Shown: in pieces, positions 28,893-47,251 of the stretch
How the letters are laid out: each line of letters opens with the position of its first letter
Numbering within the stretch: the stretch's first letter is position 1
Assembly (NCBI GenBank): GCA_963762255.1
Contig: CAVXKA010000003.1
Coordinates: forward strand, 384,001 to 448,000
Direction: 5' to 3'
Source: Candidatus Eiseniibacteriota bacterium
GTDB taxonomy: Bacteria > Eisenbacteria > RBG-16-71-46 > JABDJR01
DNA: 64,000 nt
The notes under the pieces: generated by a model
Seen by the model: the letters and a program-made list of their open reading frames with translations, nothing else
Told to the model about the DNA's origin: nothing
Database searches by the model: none
Translations under genes and position numbers: made by a program

Positions 28893-29942
28893 TCAGGCGG
28901 GCTGCTTGGGGGGGCGCTTGAGTCCCGCGCGACGCATGCGGTCGCGCACGGTGTCCGGCTTGACCTTGAGCAGGCGCGCGGTTTCGGAGACGTTCCAGTG
29001 GCAGAGTCGCAGGACGGATTCCAGATAGCAGCTCTCGAATCTCTCGGCCGAGAGATCGTGTCCCCCGCCGTCGATTCGCGAGTCGGACGCGGCGCGGGGC
29101 CTTCCGAACGCCGCCGGAGGCAGATCGCCGATCTGGATTACTTCGCGCCGGCCGGCATGGTAGAAGGCCCAGATGACGACCTTCTCCAGCTCCCGGATAT
29201 TGCCCGGCCAATCGTACGCGAGAAGAGATTTCAACGCCGCCCGCGAGAAACGTCGAGCGCGATACGTCTTTCCTGCCTCGCAGGCGAGGCGGGAGAGGAA
29301 CGTCTCTGCGAGGCCGGGGATGTCCTCCCGCCGTTCGTTCAGGCCCGGCATCTCGATCGTGAACGTGCTGATCCGGAAGAAGAGGTCATCGCGGAACTCG
29401 CCGCGATCGACCCGTTCGGTAAGGTCGCGGTTCGTCGCCACAAGCACGCGCACGTCGCTCTTCACTTCGCGGTTCCCGCCGAGGCGCCGAAACCGCCGGT
29501 CCTGGAGAAAGCGCAACAACATCACTTGAGTTAGCGGATGGATGTCGCCGATCTCATCCAGAAAGACGGTGCCGCCGTCGCTTCCCTCGATGAGCCCGAC
29601 GCGACGCTGCCGGCCGGCATCGGTGAAGGCATGGGCCTCGTGCCCGAAAAGCTCGCTGTGGACGAGGGTCTGGGAAAGCCCTGCGACCGGGATGACGCAA
29701 AACGGCGCGTCCTTGCGTCGGCTGAGCCGATGGATCACTTCGGCCAGGAAGGACTTGCCTGTACCGCTGCTGCCGGTGATCAGGACGGTCTCTTCCGTCG
29801 GAGCCATCCATGCCACCGCGCGTAGCACCTTGCGCGCCGCTTCGCTCTTCCATACCGGTGGTAAGAGGCTAAGGTCCGCGCAGGCGAGTGCCTCCACGGT
29901 GCGGGTGACGATCTCGGACTTGGGTTCGAGGTTGGGGGCCAT
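28893..29942 (-). CDS. Sigma-54-dependent enhancer-binding protein with no N-terminal sensory domain
   Basis: Motifs GSSGTGKS, SELFGHEAHAFTDA (GAFTGA variant), GGTVFLDEIGD, ATNRDL, FRDDLFFRI and WPGNIREL, plus a C-terminal Fis-type HTH (NVSETARLL). Only about 25 aa precede the AAA+ region. Confidence 0.92.
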   Translation of the reverse strand: MAPNLEPKSEIVTRTVEALACADLSLLPPVWKSEAARKVLRAVAWMAPTEETVLITGSSGTGKSFLAEVIHRLSRRKDAPFCVIPVAGLSQTLVHSELFGHEAHAFTDAGRQRRVGLIEGSDGGTVFLDEIGDIHPLTQVMLLRFLQDRRFRRLGGNREVKSDVRVLVATNRDLTERVDRGEFRDDLFFRISTFTIEMPGLNERREDIPGLAETFLSRLACEAGKTYRARRFSRAALKSLLAYDWPGNIRELEKVVIWAFYHAGRREVIQIGDLPPAAFGRPRAASDSRIDGGGHDLSAERFESCYLESVLRLCHWNVSETARLLKVKPDTVRDRMRRAGLKRPPKQPA

Positions 29943-30017
29943 GGTGAGGGGGATGTTCCATGTTTCGGGGATGAGGTGTCAACCTGAGGGGGGACTGCGC
30001 AGTGCCGCCTGTCTGGC

Positions 30018-32883
30018 TCAGAGTCCTCCTGTCGATTGACGGAAGATCGAGACGACCTCAGGGCCGAGTTCCTGAAGCCTATCGAGGATTTCGGAGCGCG
30101 ACATGTCCATTTGCCTCAAGAGCGCCGCGTAGTTCATGACGGCTGCCTGCAGGTTCGGGTGCGGATGACCCGTGGCACGGGTGAACTGGAGAAGGATGCT
30201 CACGTGGCGACGACTCAGCGGTTCGGCCTCCACCAGCCGGTTCGTGTCCTGGAGCAACTGAGCTAGGTTGTTGAGGGCGCTCGCGACATTCGGGTGATCC
30301 CGTCCGAGCCTGTTCTCAAAGATCGCCAGTGCGCGGCGCACGAGGGGTTCGGCCTCTCCCTGACGCCTTGCGCCCTTGAGCAAGCCCACCAGGTTGTTAA
30401 GGCGGATGGCGACCTTGGGGTGGTCGTTCCCGTACCTCTGTTCGTCGATCACCAGCGCGCGGCGCATGAGGTCTTCAGCCTCCGCCGGCCGGTTCGTGAC
30501 TTGGAGCAAGAGAGCCAAGTTGCTGAGAGCGGTCGCGACGTTTGGATGGTCCCGTCCACGGATTCTCTCAAAGATTGCAAGCGAGCGGCGGTAGAGAGGC
30601 TCAGCCTCTCCCAGCCGGCCCGTGGCCTTGAGCAATTGGGCCAGGCTGTTGAGAGCCATCGCGACCTGGTGTTGATCACCGCCACAGCCCTGCTCGCGAA
30701 TCGCCAGCGCGCGGCGCATGAGCGGTTCGGCCTCCGCCAATCGGTTTGTGGCGTAGAGCAAGCCCGCCAAGTTATTGAGGCGGATGGCGACACTTGGGTG
30801 GTCGCTCCCGGAGCTCCGCTCGTCGATCGCCAGCGCGCGGCGCATGAGCGGTTCGGCCTCCGCCAGCCGGTTCGTCGCCTGGAGCAATTGAGCCAGGTTG
30901 CTGATAGCTGTCGCGACCACTGGTTGATCCTCTCCGAGGTCGCTCTCCGAGATTGCCAACGCACGGCGCAAGAGCGGTTCGGCCCGTGTCCACTCAGCTA
31001 GGGTGTACCACCATAGCCCCACTTGACTGAGCAGCCATGCCGCCCATGGATAGGCCCCCTCTGCCCATGCCTCGGCCAAGGCATCCAGCGGCTCCAACTC
31101 CCAGCGCGCCTCCTGCCACCGCGTCGTCGTCTCGAGAACGACGACCCGGTCGCGCACGAAATTGAGTACGCGCTCTCGCCTGGCGGCCAGATGATCAGCC
31201 GACAGGCTCTGCTGCATCAAATCCTGCACCAACCGATGCACGCGCACGACGCGCGCCTCGCCTTCTTCGCCCTCTCCGCGGGTGATGAGCGCCAGCCGCC
31301 AGAGCATGCGGCAGATCCGATCCCACGGCTCCTCGTACCCGGGGGACACGGACACGCCGATCTCGGGGAAGTCACTCGCCACCAACTCCCGCAGCCACGG
31401 CAGCGGCACCGCATCAGGGGCCAGAAGTGCCGCGTACTCCATCGCCCGGCGCCCCGCCGGTTCCAGTCCCTCAATGGAAGGCCCGAGGACGGCGTCCAAC
31501 CGGCGCTCATGATCGTGCTGGCGAAGGGTTACCTCGCGATCCGCGGCCAAATCATCCAGCGCTTCGAGGTCTTCCAGCCCGAGCCGCTCCAGGAAGGCCG
31601 GGTACGTCACGCCGGCATGCACCTCCAGCCACGCCGCCACCAACTCCACCGCCAATACGAACCCGCCCAGCCGTCTCACGATGCGGTGCGCCGCATCACG
31701 TTCGGCGTCGTCCGCGAATGGTCGGTGCTTCTCCAGCAGATCCACCGCGTCCACTTCCGGAAGCTCGCCCAATGTGACCCAGTTGCCATGCGCCCCGGCG
31801 GGAGGCGCGAGGCGCGTGGTCGCCAGCAGGTGAAGGCTTGGCCCCAAACTGGTGAGGGCATCTGTCTGCCTGGGGGACAGCAGGTCGAGGCCGGTCACGT
31901 TGTCCAGCACTAGGAGGATGCGTCCATGGCTATCAAGTCGTTGGCGGAGACAGTCGTAGATCGCCGCGAAGTGCCGATCTGGGCTCTTGCGCTCCTCATC
32001 GCTGATCCGGTCCCGAAACCGATTGCCCAGGATCAACGCCGCATCGCGTAGGCTCGTCTTGCCCTCGCAATGCACCAGAAACCGCCCCCCCGGATACGCT
32101 CCTGCGAAAGCGTGGGCATAGGTGAACGCGAGCTCGGTCTTGCCGATGCCGCCCAGACCGTGCACGCCGGTGATGACCCCTGCCCGGTCGTCCTTGAGTC
32201 GCTCGCGCAGGTCGAGTAGCTCGTCCAGGCGCCCGGAGAAGCGCCTGTTGTAGGCGGGTACATCGCTTTCGCTCTCGGCCGCAAGATGAACCTGCGTGGC
32301 GCGCTCATCGAGGTCGCGGGCCAGTGCGGCCAGAACGCAGCGCAAGTCGTCCTGACGCAACGCCTCCAACCCAGTGCGGTAGAACGGTTGCACGGCATTG
32401 AACTGCCGCCGGCGCAGCTGCTTCACCACCGGCGCGGCGGTCTCGATGAACGCCTCGTGCGGTAGCGGCCGCCCGCACAGCTTCGCTACCTCGCGCGCAA
32501 CCTCGTGCTCGTCGATCGCGCTGTCGAGCCCCGGTACCTCGACGATGTAGATGGGCGCCGCACCGGCGGAGAGGATGTGCTTAGCGATCTCCAGGTCGAT
32601 CCAGGTGCGCCACTCGCGCCGGCACCACTCGCTGGCGAAGTAGTTCGGCGAGAGGAAGGCAACGAACAGCCGCGAATGCGCCAGTCCGTCGTGGATGCGG
32701 AGCCGCCAGTCGTCCAGGCCGTGGATGTCGATCCTTGTCGAAGAAGCAGGTCAGCGAGCGTCCACCGGTGAACTTCCGGTGCTCCGCGAGCAGTTCCTCG
32801 ACAAAACCGCTGATCCATCCCTCGCGGTTGTCAGCGCGGGCGTAGGAGACGAAGAGATCGTAGCGATCGTGGTCAAGCGGCAT
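30018..32883 (-). CDS. TIR - NB-ARC-like STAND NTPase - TPR protein; one frameshift near 32730
   Basis: TIR YDLFVSYARAD..FFDK | DIHGLDDW..SPNYFASEWCRREW continues in frame into the 803-aa ORF. Motifs GLGGIGKT and LLVLDNV, then about six 42-aa TPR units (VA..LNNLA.LL..TNRL.EAEPLMRRALAI). Confidence 0.88.
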
Positions 32884-32974
32884 GGGCGACGGCCTCCAAC
32901 GTTAACGACCTGCGCTTCTTGGACTACACGCACCGCCCTGGCAAGCGCGTCCACTGGCGTCGCATGTTCACAGG

Positions 32975-33847
32975 TCACAGGAATGCCAGCAGCGTCGCGA
33001 CCCCTTGACTCTGGAAGTACTGCAGGATCGTCCTGGTGCCCGGACTGTACCCGTCCCATAACAGGATCGCCAGATCCGACTTCACGCAGAACAGAGCGTC
33101 TCGTTCGCTCGGCCCCTTCATGCCCCTTGGAATCTGTTCCAGGGAGGCATCAAGAAACCCGAGCTTGCCTCCCCTGACAAGCTCTCGAAGTTCTGGCGCA
33201 CAGTCAAAACGATGGTAACCGACGGTAGTGACCCGCTGACTCTGCTCGACCAGGAAGCGCGCCGCGGCAATGTCTATGGTTCCAACCGCCCCGACGAGCC
33301 ACTTAGTCGTCTCCGAGAGATACGGTGTCAGAACGCGTTCCACCCTCCGACGCGTGACCACTTCGTCTGCGGTCATCGTGCCGGTCACAGAGATCGTCCG
33401 CTGCTCCGCAGCCTTCACCGACGCCAGTTCTGTCGCGCCCGACCCCTTCAGTGCATAGCGGGAGAGAGTTTGCCGAACGGCTTCAGCCAGTCTCTCCGCA
33501 AGCCGGGCCTCGCTTCCGATCGAGTACTTCAGGACACGGTGGGACTTCAGATCGAAGGGGAGTTCGTCTATGTCTTGCCCGATGAGGATCGTCGGCTTGC
33601 CCAGGGCCATTGCATAGCCTGTCTCCCACATCACGTTCGGGGTGTGGCCGCTGACGTTGGCTATGCAGAACGCGGCTTCATGGAGACCGATGAGGATATC
33701 ATCGGTGATGCGTCCCGCCGACTTCACGTCCTTCAGCCAGTAACACTCGAAGACCGCCCCCGGAACCGCCGAAGTCGCCACCTTCTTGACAACGTCGAAC
33801 ACGGGATCAAAAGCCGTTGCGAAAGGCATGATGACAAAGCACTTCAT
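32975..33847 (-). CDS. Nucleoside 2-deoxyribosyltransferase/TIR-like domain fused to a SLOG-like domain
   Basis: NDT-like CFVIMPF, PNVMWETGYAMALGK and LPFDL; SLOG-like ISVTG..VGAVGTID..ERD..SDLAILLWDGYSPGT. Confidence 0.75.
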   Translation of the reverse strand: MKCFVIMPFATAFDPVFDVVKKVATSAVPGAVFECYWLKDVKSAGRITDDILIGLHEAAFCIANVSGHTPNVMWETGYAMALGKPTILIGQDIDELPFDLKSHRVLKYSIGSEARLAERLAEAVRQTLSRYALKGSGATELASVKAAEQRTISVTGTMTADEVVTRRRVERVLTPYLSETTKWLVGAVGTIDIAAARFLVEQSQRVTTVGYHRFDCAPELRELVRGGKLGFLDASLEQIPRGMKGPSERDALFCVKSDLAILLWDGYSPGTRTILQYFQSQGVATLLAFL

Positions 33848-33978
33848 GTTAGCTCCCGCGAAGAGCCGATTCGGTGGTCGACTACTTCATCAATGCACAC
33901 CGAGGACCCCGCCTGTGATCTTCCCCAGAATAGCCATCCGTGCAGCATCGTTCGTGACCACCTGCGCATGCGCCTCCC

Positions 33979-37313
<3,335 letters not shown>

Positions 37314-37316
37314 GGC

Positions 37317-40228
37317 TTATTCCTCGGTCTCCCCGAACAGTGCCGCCCTGCTCGGCTCTCGGCTTGCCGCCCTCGCGGGCGAGCCGCGCGATCTCCGGCC
37401 AGCTCTGGACGAGGCCGTTGTAGGCGAGCGCCTCGGCCGCGCGCTTCTTGCGCTCGCAGAGGGTGTAGAGGCGGTAGGCCAGCTCGCGGGCGATCTCGGC
37501 CTTGGCGCCGAGCTTGGCGACGAGCTCCGCCGCCGCGCCTTCGCCGCCGCTTCGAGCACGCGGATCAGGTGGTGGACGATCTCCCACGCGGTGAGGCGCG
37601 GGTCGGTCGCCGGGTCCCAGTCGGCGGGCAGCTCGTCGGGCTCGCAGCAGCCGCACCTTGCCGCGGCTTCGATTCGAGGATGCCGGCCTCGACCATGCCG
37701 GCGACGCTCGTGTTCTTGGCCTTGGAGAGCTGTTCGGCCACGCCGTACTCGCCCTCGGCGAAGCCCGACTGCTCGAACCAGGCCAGCGCCCAGCGGCTGT
37801 CGGCGTCGAAGTCGCCCTCCTGCTCGGCCAGCGCCTCGTCGAGGGTCTGGTTGATGAGCGCCAGCGCCTCGCGCACGGTGAGCGGCTTGCCCTCGGCGTC
37901 GAGCACCTTGGCGTAGCGGGTGTAGACCGCCATGCCCGGGCCGATGGCCGCCTGCGCCAGGTCCACCGGCGCGATGTTGCCGCGCTGCAGGTGGGCGAGC
38001 GCCGCGGGCAGCTCGGCCTTGAGCGCGGTGACGAACTCGCGGCGCGTGGCGGTGGGCGCGTCGGCGGCGCGCGGGCGGCAGACGAGGACGATGCTGGAGG
38101 CGAGGGCGTTGGTGTCCGATGCCGCTCATGCGGTCTGCCAGTCTCCGTCCGCATCGGCCAGGTGCCGCTGATGGCGAAGCCGGCGCGGATCACCGCGTCG
38201 AGGAAGGTCTCCCAGCCGGTGCTCGCGGTGCCGTCGTCGCCGTCGCTCTCCGCCTGCTTGAAGGCGTAGTAGATGGTGACCGGGAAGGCCGGGTGCGCCT
38301 GCTCGGCGAGGCGGTGCATCGCCTGCGTCATGCCGTCGAGGAAGAACGCCTCCGCCTTCTCCTTGCTGCCGTGGCGGTAGGGCGTGGCGACCAGCTCCTC
38401 GGCCTTGGGCACGGCGAGCGTGGCGAAGAGGTCGGGGAAGACGGGCCTCAGCGAGCGGCGCAGCCAGACGTAGAAGAAGTCCGACAGGTCGGCGTAGCCG
38501 ATGTTGTCGTAGTAGGGCGGATCGGTGGAGACGACCTTGTCCGCGACTGATCGTCTGGTGCTGCGCATCGGCTTGCTGACGCGATGCCCGGCGACGTGCG
38601 CCGGCAAGCGCTTCGAAGCACCTTCGCGATCCACTCGACATGCTGCCACGAAGTTCCCGCTCGAGCTCTGCAGAACGGATTCGCCTCCGCGAAGTCCCAG
38701 GTCATCGGAATCGCCTGCCGGCCGAAACGTGCTGCGACGATGCTCGTCCTGTCTGGCATCCAACGTGCAGAGCGACGTGTCCGTAGTCGCAGCCTTGCTC
38801 AACGCGCGAACGCCAGATACACCGCCACCGCATCGGCGTAGGCGGTGGCGCCGGTGCCGCCGTCGCGCAGGGGCTTGCCGTCGTCGGGCAGGCCGGCGGC
38901 GAGCGCGTCGCGCTTCACCCGCTCGCGCGCTTCCTGCACCAGGTCGGAGAAGGTCGTCAGCGCCACGAGCTGGCGGGGGGTGAAGAGGTCGCCGCACGTC
39001 GTCATCCCGTAGTGGCTTCACGCCGAGATACTGCGTGCTGCCGGAGATCGTCGACCTCCGGCTTCCACGTCCGGCTTCGCCTTGCGCGCAACCGCCTCCA
39101 TGCTCCGGCGTCGGCGCGAGATAGACCCGCCCGCGCTCGCCCTCGGCGACGATCGCCATCAGCCGCGCGCCCATGCGCCCGGCCTTGCCCTCGGCCTTGA
39201 TGTAGTCGCCCGCGATCGGCGCGCCCGACATCAGGCACCGGAAGTTCGCGCCGCGCGCCAGCTTGGTGCCGCTCTTCGCCGCCTCCGCATCCTTCGGCTT
39301 CCCCACCTTCACCGTGAAGCGGTAGCCGCCGTCCTCGATCACCGGCTCGACGTACGCCTCCTTGCCCGCCTTGGTGGAGAGCATGAAGGTCGAGGCGAGC
39401 GGCACGTCCACCTGCGCGAAGGCCGGGTTCGGGCTCTTCACCGTGCGCGCCCAGAGCCAGGCGATCACGGTGAGCTTCTGGCCGACGTACGGCTTCAGGT
39501 CCGGCCGCTCCTTCGCCATCTCGGCCGTGACCTCGACCTTCGGGTAGAGGTGGCCGATGCGCTTCTCGGCCTCGTCGCGCATCCACTGGCCGTAGTAGCG
39601 CACGTCCTCGGCGAGCCCCTGCGCGCCCTTCCACTCCCGCGCGATGAGCGTCTTGTCCTCGCGCGCCTCGGGGTTCACCGGCGGCTTGCCCGCGAACTTC
39701 GGCGGGATCTCGATCATCGCCTTGTTGATCAGCACCGCCACCGGGTTCAGGTCGCTGGCGTAGCTCTCGAGCCCCAGCCGCTGCGCCTCCAGCGGCAGCG
39801 CCCCGCCGCCGGCGAAGGGGTCGTGGAAGGCGGGCAGCTTGTGCCGGTCGAACAGCTCCTTCGCCCGCGGATGGTCGGCGTTCTCGGCGCAGGCGCGCCG
39901 CCAGCTCTGCCAGATCTCGTCGCGCGCCTGCCTGCAGCACCGTCTCGTTGGTGGTGTTCTCCCACAGCACCAGGTCTTCGATGATGCGGAAGAGCCGCTG
40001 CCGCTCCTTCTCCTGCTTCTTCTCGGTCGGGAAGAGGTCCGGGTGCGCCGACGGGTCGTCCACCATCTGCGCGAAGATCACCGCCCGCGCCGCCGCCAGC
40101 GGCCGCCGCGCCCACCACAGGTGCAGCGTGCTCGGGTGCCCGTGGCGGATCGACTTCTCCCGCGCCGAGGCCTTGTTGATGGCCTCGAGCGGCAGGGCGA
40201 CTTCGATGAGCTTCTTCTTCGGGGTCAC
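37317..40228 (-). CDS. DUF1156-family adenine DNA methyltransferase; several frameshifts
   Basis: Motifs [54 protein letters not shown] and YNGLVQSW, spread over shifting frames. Confidence 0.88.
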
Positions 40229-41952
40229 GCGTTCTCGTCCCGACGCGGCCGAGCCTGGGTGGCGGCAGTGACGATGCGATCAAGCTTCTCGCCGACCTCG
40301 GGATCCAAATCCTCCACCGCGACGAACCGCGCCAGGGTGTGGTAGTCCGTCTTACGCATGAGGTTTGGCAGTTTCAGCTCTTCGTAGAATCTCTTGAAGA
40401 GCGGATCCAGAAACTCGTCGCTGATCTTCGTGTTCAACCACCACTCGTGTGCTGGGTCGCGAAGCGCGATCGGGGGGACGAGGTCCATGATGGTCCGATC
40501 CATCGTCGCGCGCCAAGATGCTGCGAACAGATCCCCGGCCTGCTCTCGCCCCTGAGCCTCGGCCCAGCTGAGGAGTGTCGCCCGCTGACATAGGTAGTTC
40601 TCGACTTCCCGTCGTCGCCAAGCGTGCTGCTGAAGATTGGGGTCCGCGGGAGGGGGCTGATCGAGGCGGTCGTAGACAGCGATCCCGACCAGTTCTGGCA
40701 TCGCCTCCCGCAGCGCATAGAAGTGATCCTGGGCCTTCTTGGGCTGGTTGGAGACGTAATGGACGAAAGGCCTTTCGAGAATGGCCTTGGCCGAATGCCC
40801 AAGCGTTGCAGCGAAAGCCCGCAAGATGGCCAGATCGGTGGATCCCTCCAGGTAAAGTACCCAACCCGTCTCCTCGGCCTGGACGTAATCCTCGAACCCG
40901 ATGTCCTTCAGGGCCTTGAGCACCTGGCTGCCCCGGTCATCGATGCGATGCGGCTTGCCGACGAACGCAACCACAGTGTCTCGATCCGCCGCTTCGTTGA
41001 GGATGACCTCGGAATGGCTAGCGGCGATGATCTGGCTACCGGTCTCGGCCGCGGTCTCGGTGAGCACTTGGTAGATCTGACGTTGGCGCAGAACCTCGAG
41101 GTGAGCGTCCGGCTCATCCAACAGCAGCACGGCGCCAGGGTTCGCGACCATGTGCGCGAGGAGGAGCAGGGTCTGTTGCTGCCCGCGCCCGCTAGCTGAC
41201 AGGTCGAGCCTCACGCCATCGGCCGTACGGAAGGACATCACGATCTCCCCACGCTCCTTGACGTACTCGGGCCGGTCAATCTGAACGCCAAAAAACGTCT
41301 CCATTCGCCGCGCGATCCCATCCCACGCCGACTCGCCCTCGCTTTGCTGTGCCACCTGCCAGCACAGATTGCGCAGAACTTCGGCTGTCCGGCCCTCACC
41401 AAGCCGCACGTTGATCGCACCCTCGTCGAGGCGCGTCTCGGTGGCTGCGAGACCCGACATGGGGGGTAAGTAGGCCAAGTGCAGCCGGCTCGCCTGCTCC
41501 GGCACCTCCATCCGCCCGCCGCCATCAAGGCGTGGTGGTCGGCAGTAGAACGACTCCTCGTTCGCGTAGTCGAACTCCAGCGCGCAGCGCCAAGACTTGC
41601 CATCGTCAACGCCTTCAACCTGGACTTCGATGAGAACATTCTGTGTCTTGGTCTTGCCCGCGTCGCGGAAGCCCTTGCGCACGTGGAGGCCGCGCCAGAG
41701 GAGGTTCGCCGCCGGCACCGGCACTGCCAGTAGATCCCGGCGATTGATGGTGATCCCAGGGCGTGTCTCGGGGACGTCACCTGAGCCTCGTTTCTCGACC
41801 CAACGCTTGGCTCCGATGTCCCACAGGGCGAGTGCCTGAAGCGCAGAGGTCTTTCCTGAATTGTTGGGCCCCACGAAGACCACGCGGTCAGCTAGTTCGA
41901 TCTCGACCTCGTTGAAGAGCTTGAAGTTCCGAATGATTAGTTTGGTCAACAT
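40225..41952 (-). CDS. ABC/SMC-type ATPase with C-terminal Toprim-like region (OLD-like)
   Basis: Motifs [20 protein letters not shown] signature, [10 protein letters not shown] and SHS, then YLEGSTD and REVENYL. Confidence 0.8.
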   Translation of the reverse strand: MLTKLIIRNFKLFNEVEIELADRVVFVGPNNSGKTSALQALALWDIGAKRWVEKRGSGDVPETRPGITINRRDLLAVPVPAANLLWRGLHVRKGFRDAGKTKTQNVLIEVQVEGVDDGKSWRCALEFDYANEESFYCRPPRLDGGGRMEVPEQASRLHLAYLPPMSGLAATETRLDEGAINVRLGEGRTAEVLRNLCWQVAQQSEGESAWDGIARRMETFFGVQIDRPEYVKERGEIVMSFRTADGVRLDLSASGRGQQQTLLLLAHMVANPGAVLLLDEPDAHLEVLRQRQIYQVLTETAAETGSQIIAASHSEVILNEAADRDTVVAFVGKPHRIDDRGSQVLKALKDIGFEDYVQAEETGWVLYLEGSTDLAILRAFAATLGHSAKAILERPFVHYVSNQPKKAQDHFYALREAMPELVGIAVYDRLDQPPPADPNLQQHAWRRREVENYLCQRATLLSWAEAQGREQAGDLFAASWRATMDRTIMDLVPPIALRDPAHEWWLNTKISDEFLDPLFKRFYEELKLPNLMRKTDYHTLARFVAVEDLDPEVGEKLDRIVTAATQARPRRDENA

Positions 41953-42016
41953 CAGCGGTTCCTCCGGGTTGCCGGATCTCTGGCTGGCCCAGTTGCAGGC
42001 CTATCTTGCACGTCTC

Positions 42017-43258
42017 TCACAGCACCCTCCACCACGGCACGGCCAACACGTCGGGCGTGAGCCACTCGACCGTGCTCCCGGTGTGGAGCAGGAGGCCAGC
42101 GCGGGCCTTCTTGCCGTACTCGCTCCGGAAGGTGCGTAGGTGCGCAGCATCGTTTAGACGCGGTCGCGCCGCGCCCTTGACCTCGATGGGCAAGAGCCGC
42201 CCGCCGGCCTCGATCACGAAGTCCACCTCCTCACCGATCGCCGTACGCCAGTAGAACACGTCCGCGCGATCGAGGCGTGCGTCGCGCCAAGCCAGCAGAT
42301 CGTTGAGCACGAGGTTCTCGAAATCTGCGCCGCCGGGCTCGTCGCCTTCCCCGAGATGCAGAGCCACCCCCGTGTCGCCCCAGTAGAGCTTCGGCGACTT
42401 GATCAGCCGCTTGGTCCGGTTCACCGCATAGGCAGGAAGCCGCACAAGCAGGTACGAGGTCTCAAGCAGATTGAGGTACCGGTGCACGGTGGGTTGCGCC
42501 AGTGCCACGTCACGGCCCAGCTCCGTCTGATTGACGAGTTGGCCGATTCGCAGGCAGGCTGCGCGCATCAGACGACGGAAGTCGGGTAGCGCCGCGATAG
42601 AGGAAAGCTCCTGCAGGTCACGCTCGAGGTAGGTGCGCACGTAGCCGTCGAACCAGATCGCTCGCTCGCGGGCCGTTCGCATGTGGACCGCCGGGGTCGG
42701 GAAACCGCCTCGGCGAGCAAGAACGCGCCAGTCTTCGGGTTTGTCCGGCTCCGCTGAGAGCAGGTCCAGCCAGTCCTCGTCGCGGGCCGCGAGTAACTCC
42801 TCCCAGAGGCCGCAACGTCCGAGTCCCATCTGCTCGCGGCGCGTCATCGGCCAGAGGGTGAGATAGCTCGCGCGGCCGGCCAGCGACTCTGAGACCTGGC
42901 GCATGAGAAGCAGGTTAGCGGAACCGGTGAGCAGGAACCGCCCGGGTCGTCGGTCCCGGTCAATCGCCCGCTTCACAGCACGCAGCAGATCAGGCTCGCG
43001 CTGCACCTCGTCCAACGTGACCGGCTGGGCGCCACCCACCAGCGCTTCCGGATCGCGGCGCGCGGCGTCGACCACGTCGAGATCATCCAGCGAGAAGTAG
43101 CGGCGGTCACCCGGCGCGAGATTCTGAGCCAAGGTGCTCTTGCCCGTCTGCCGCGCGCCCGTCACCACCACCGCGGGCATGACGCGGAGACGGTCTTCCA
43201 GGCTACTTGCGACCAGACGGGGAAGAGTGGCGGCATCCATGGCGTGCATGATAATCAT
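42017..43258 (-). CDS. AAA_14 ATP-binding protein with DUF4143 domain
   Basis: Motifs GARQTGKST, LDEVQ, LTGSA, ESLAGR, GGFP, YLERD, KSPKLY and EVDFV..IEVK. Confidence 0.88.
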   Translation of the reverse strand: MIIMHAMDAATLPRLVASSLEDRLRVMPAVVVTGARQTGKSTLAQNLAPGDRRYFSLDDLDVVDAARRDPEALVGGAQPVTLDEVQREPDLLRAVKRAIDRDRRPGRFLLTGSANLLLMRQVSESLAGRASYLTLWPMTRREQMGLGRCGLWEELLAARDEDWLDLLSAEPDKPEDWRVLARRGGFPTPAVHMRTARERAIWFDGYVRTYLERDLQELSSIAALPDFRRLMRAACLRIGQLVNQTELGRDVALAQPTVHRYLNLLETSYLLVRLPAYAVNRTKRLIKSPKLYWGDTGVALHLGEGDEPGGADFENLVLNDLLAWRDARLDRADVFYWRTAIGEEVDFVIEAGGRLLPIEVKGAARPRLNDAAHLRTFRSEYGKKARAGLLLHTGSTVEWLTPDVLAVPWWRVL

Positions 43259-43432
43259 TCACGTAAAGAATGGTCAACCGAGAAGAGTCGTCGTTGGGAA
43301 TTGTCATTCTGGCGAGGACAGAATCCGGTGAATTTGTCCTTCCTGGAAGGACAATTGGCTGGGCCGCCCGTCCGAGGAATCGGATGATTCCAGCGGAGCG
43401 TCGGTCGATTATCGGATGATTAGGGGCCGCCG

Positions 43433-47021
<3,589 letters not shown>

Positions 47022-47251
47022 GGGGGGCAGGTTCCTATGGGTGAGGGGCGCACGTGCAGCCCGGTCAGCTCAAGTTGAGGCTATATCGACTCACGTCAGT
47101 TTGTGCTTGGCACCCGCCAGCACCCGAACATTGGACGGCGTGACGAAAGAGCACTGCCTCTTCCTGTCCTTGTCGCGGTCGCCGGCAGGTGCCGCGCGGC
47201 ATGGCCTCCGCGCAAGTGGCCATCCTCGGCAAGGCGCTTGGGCGGCGCATC

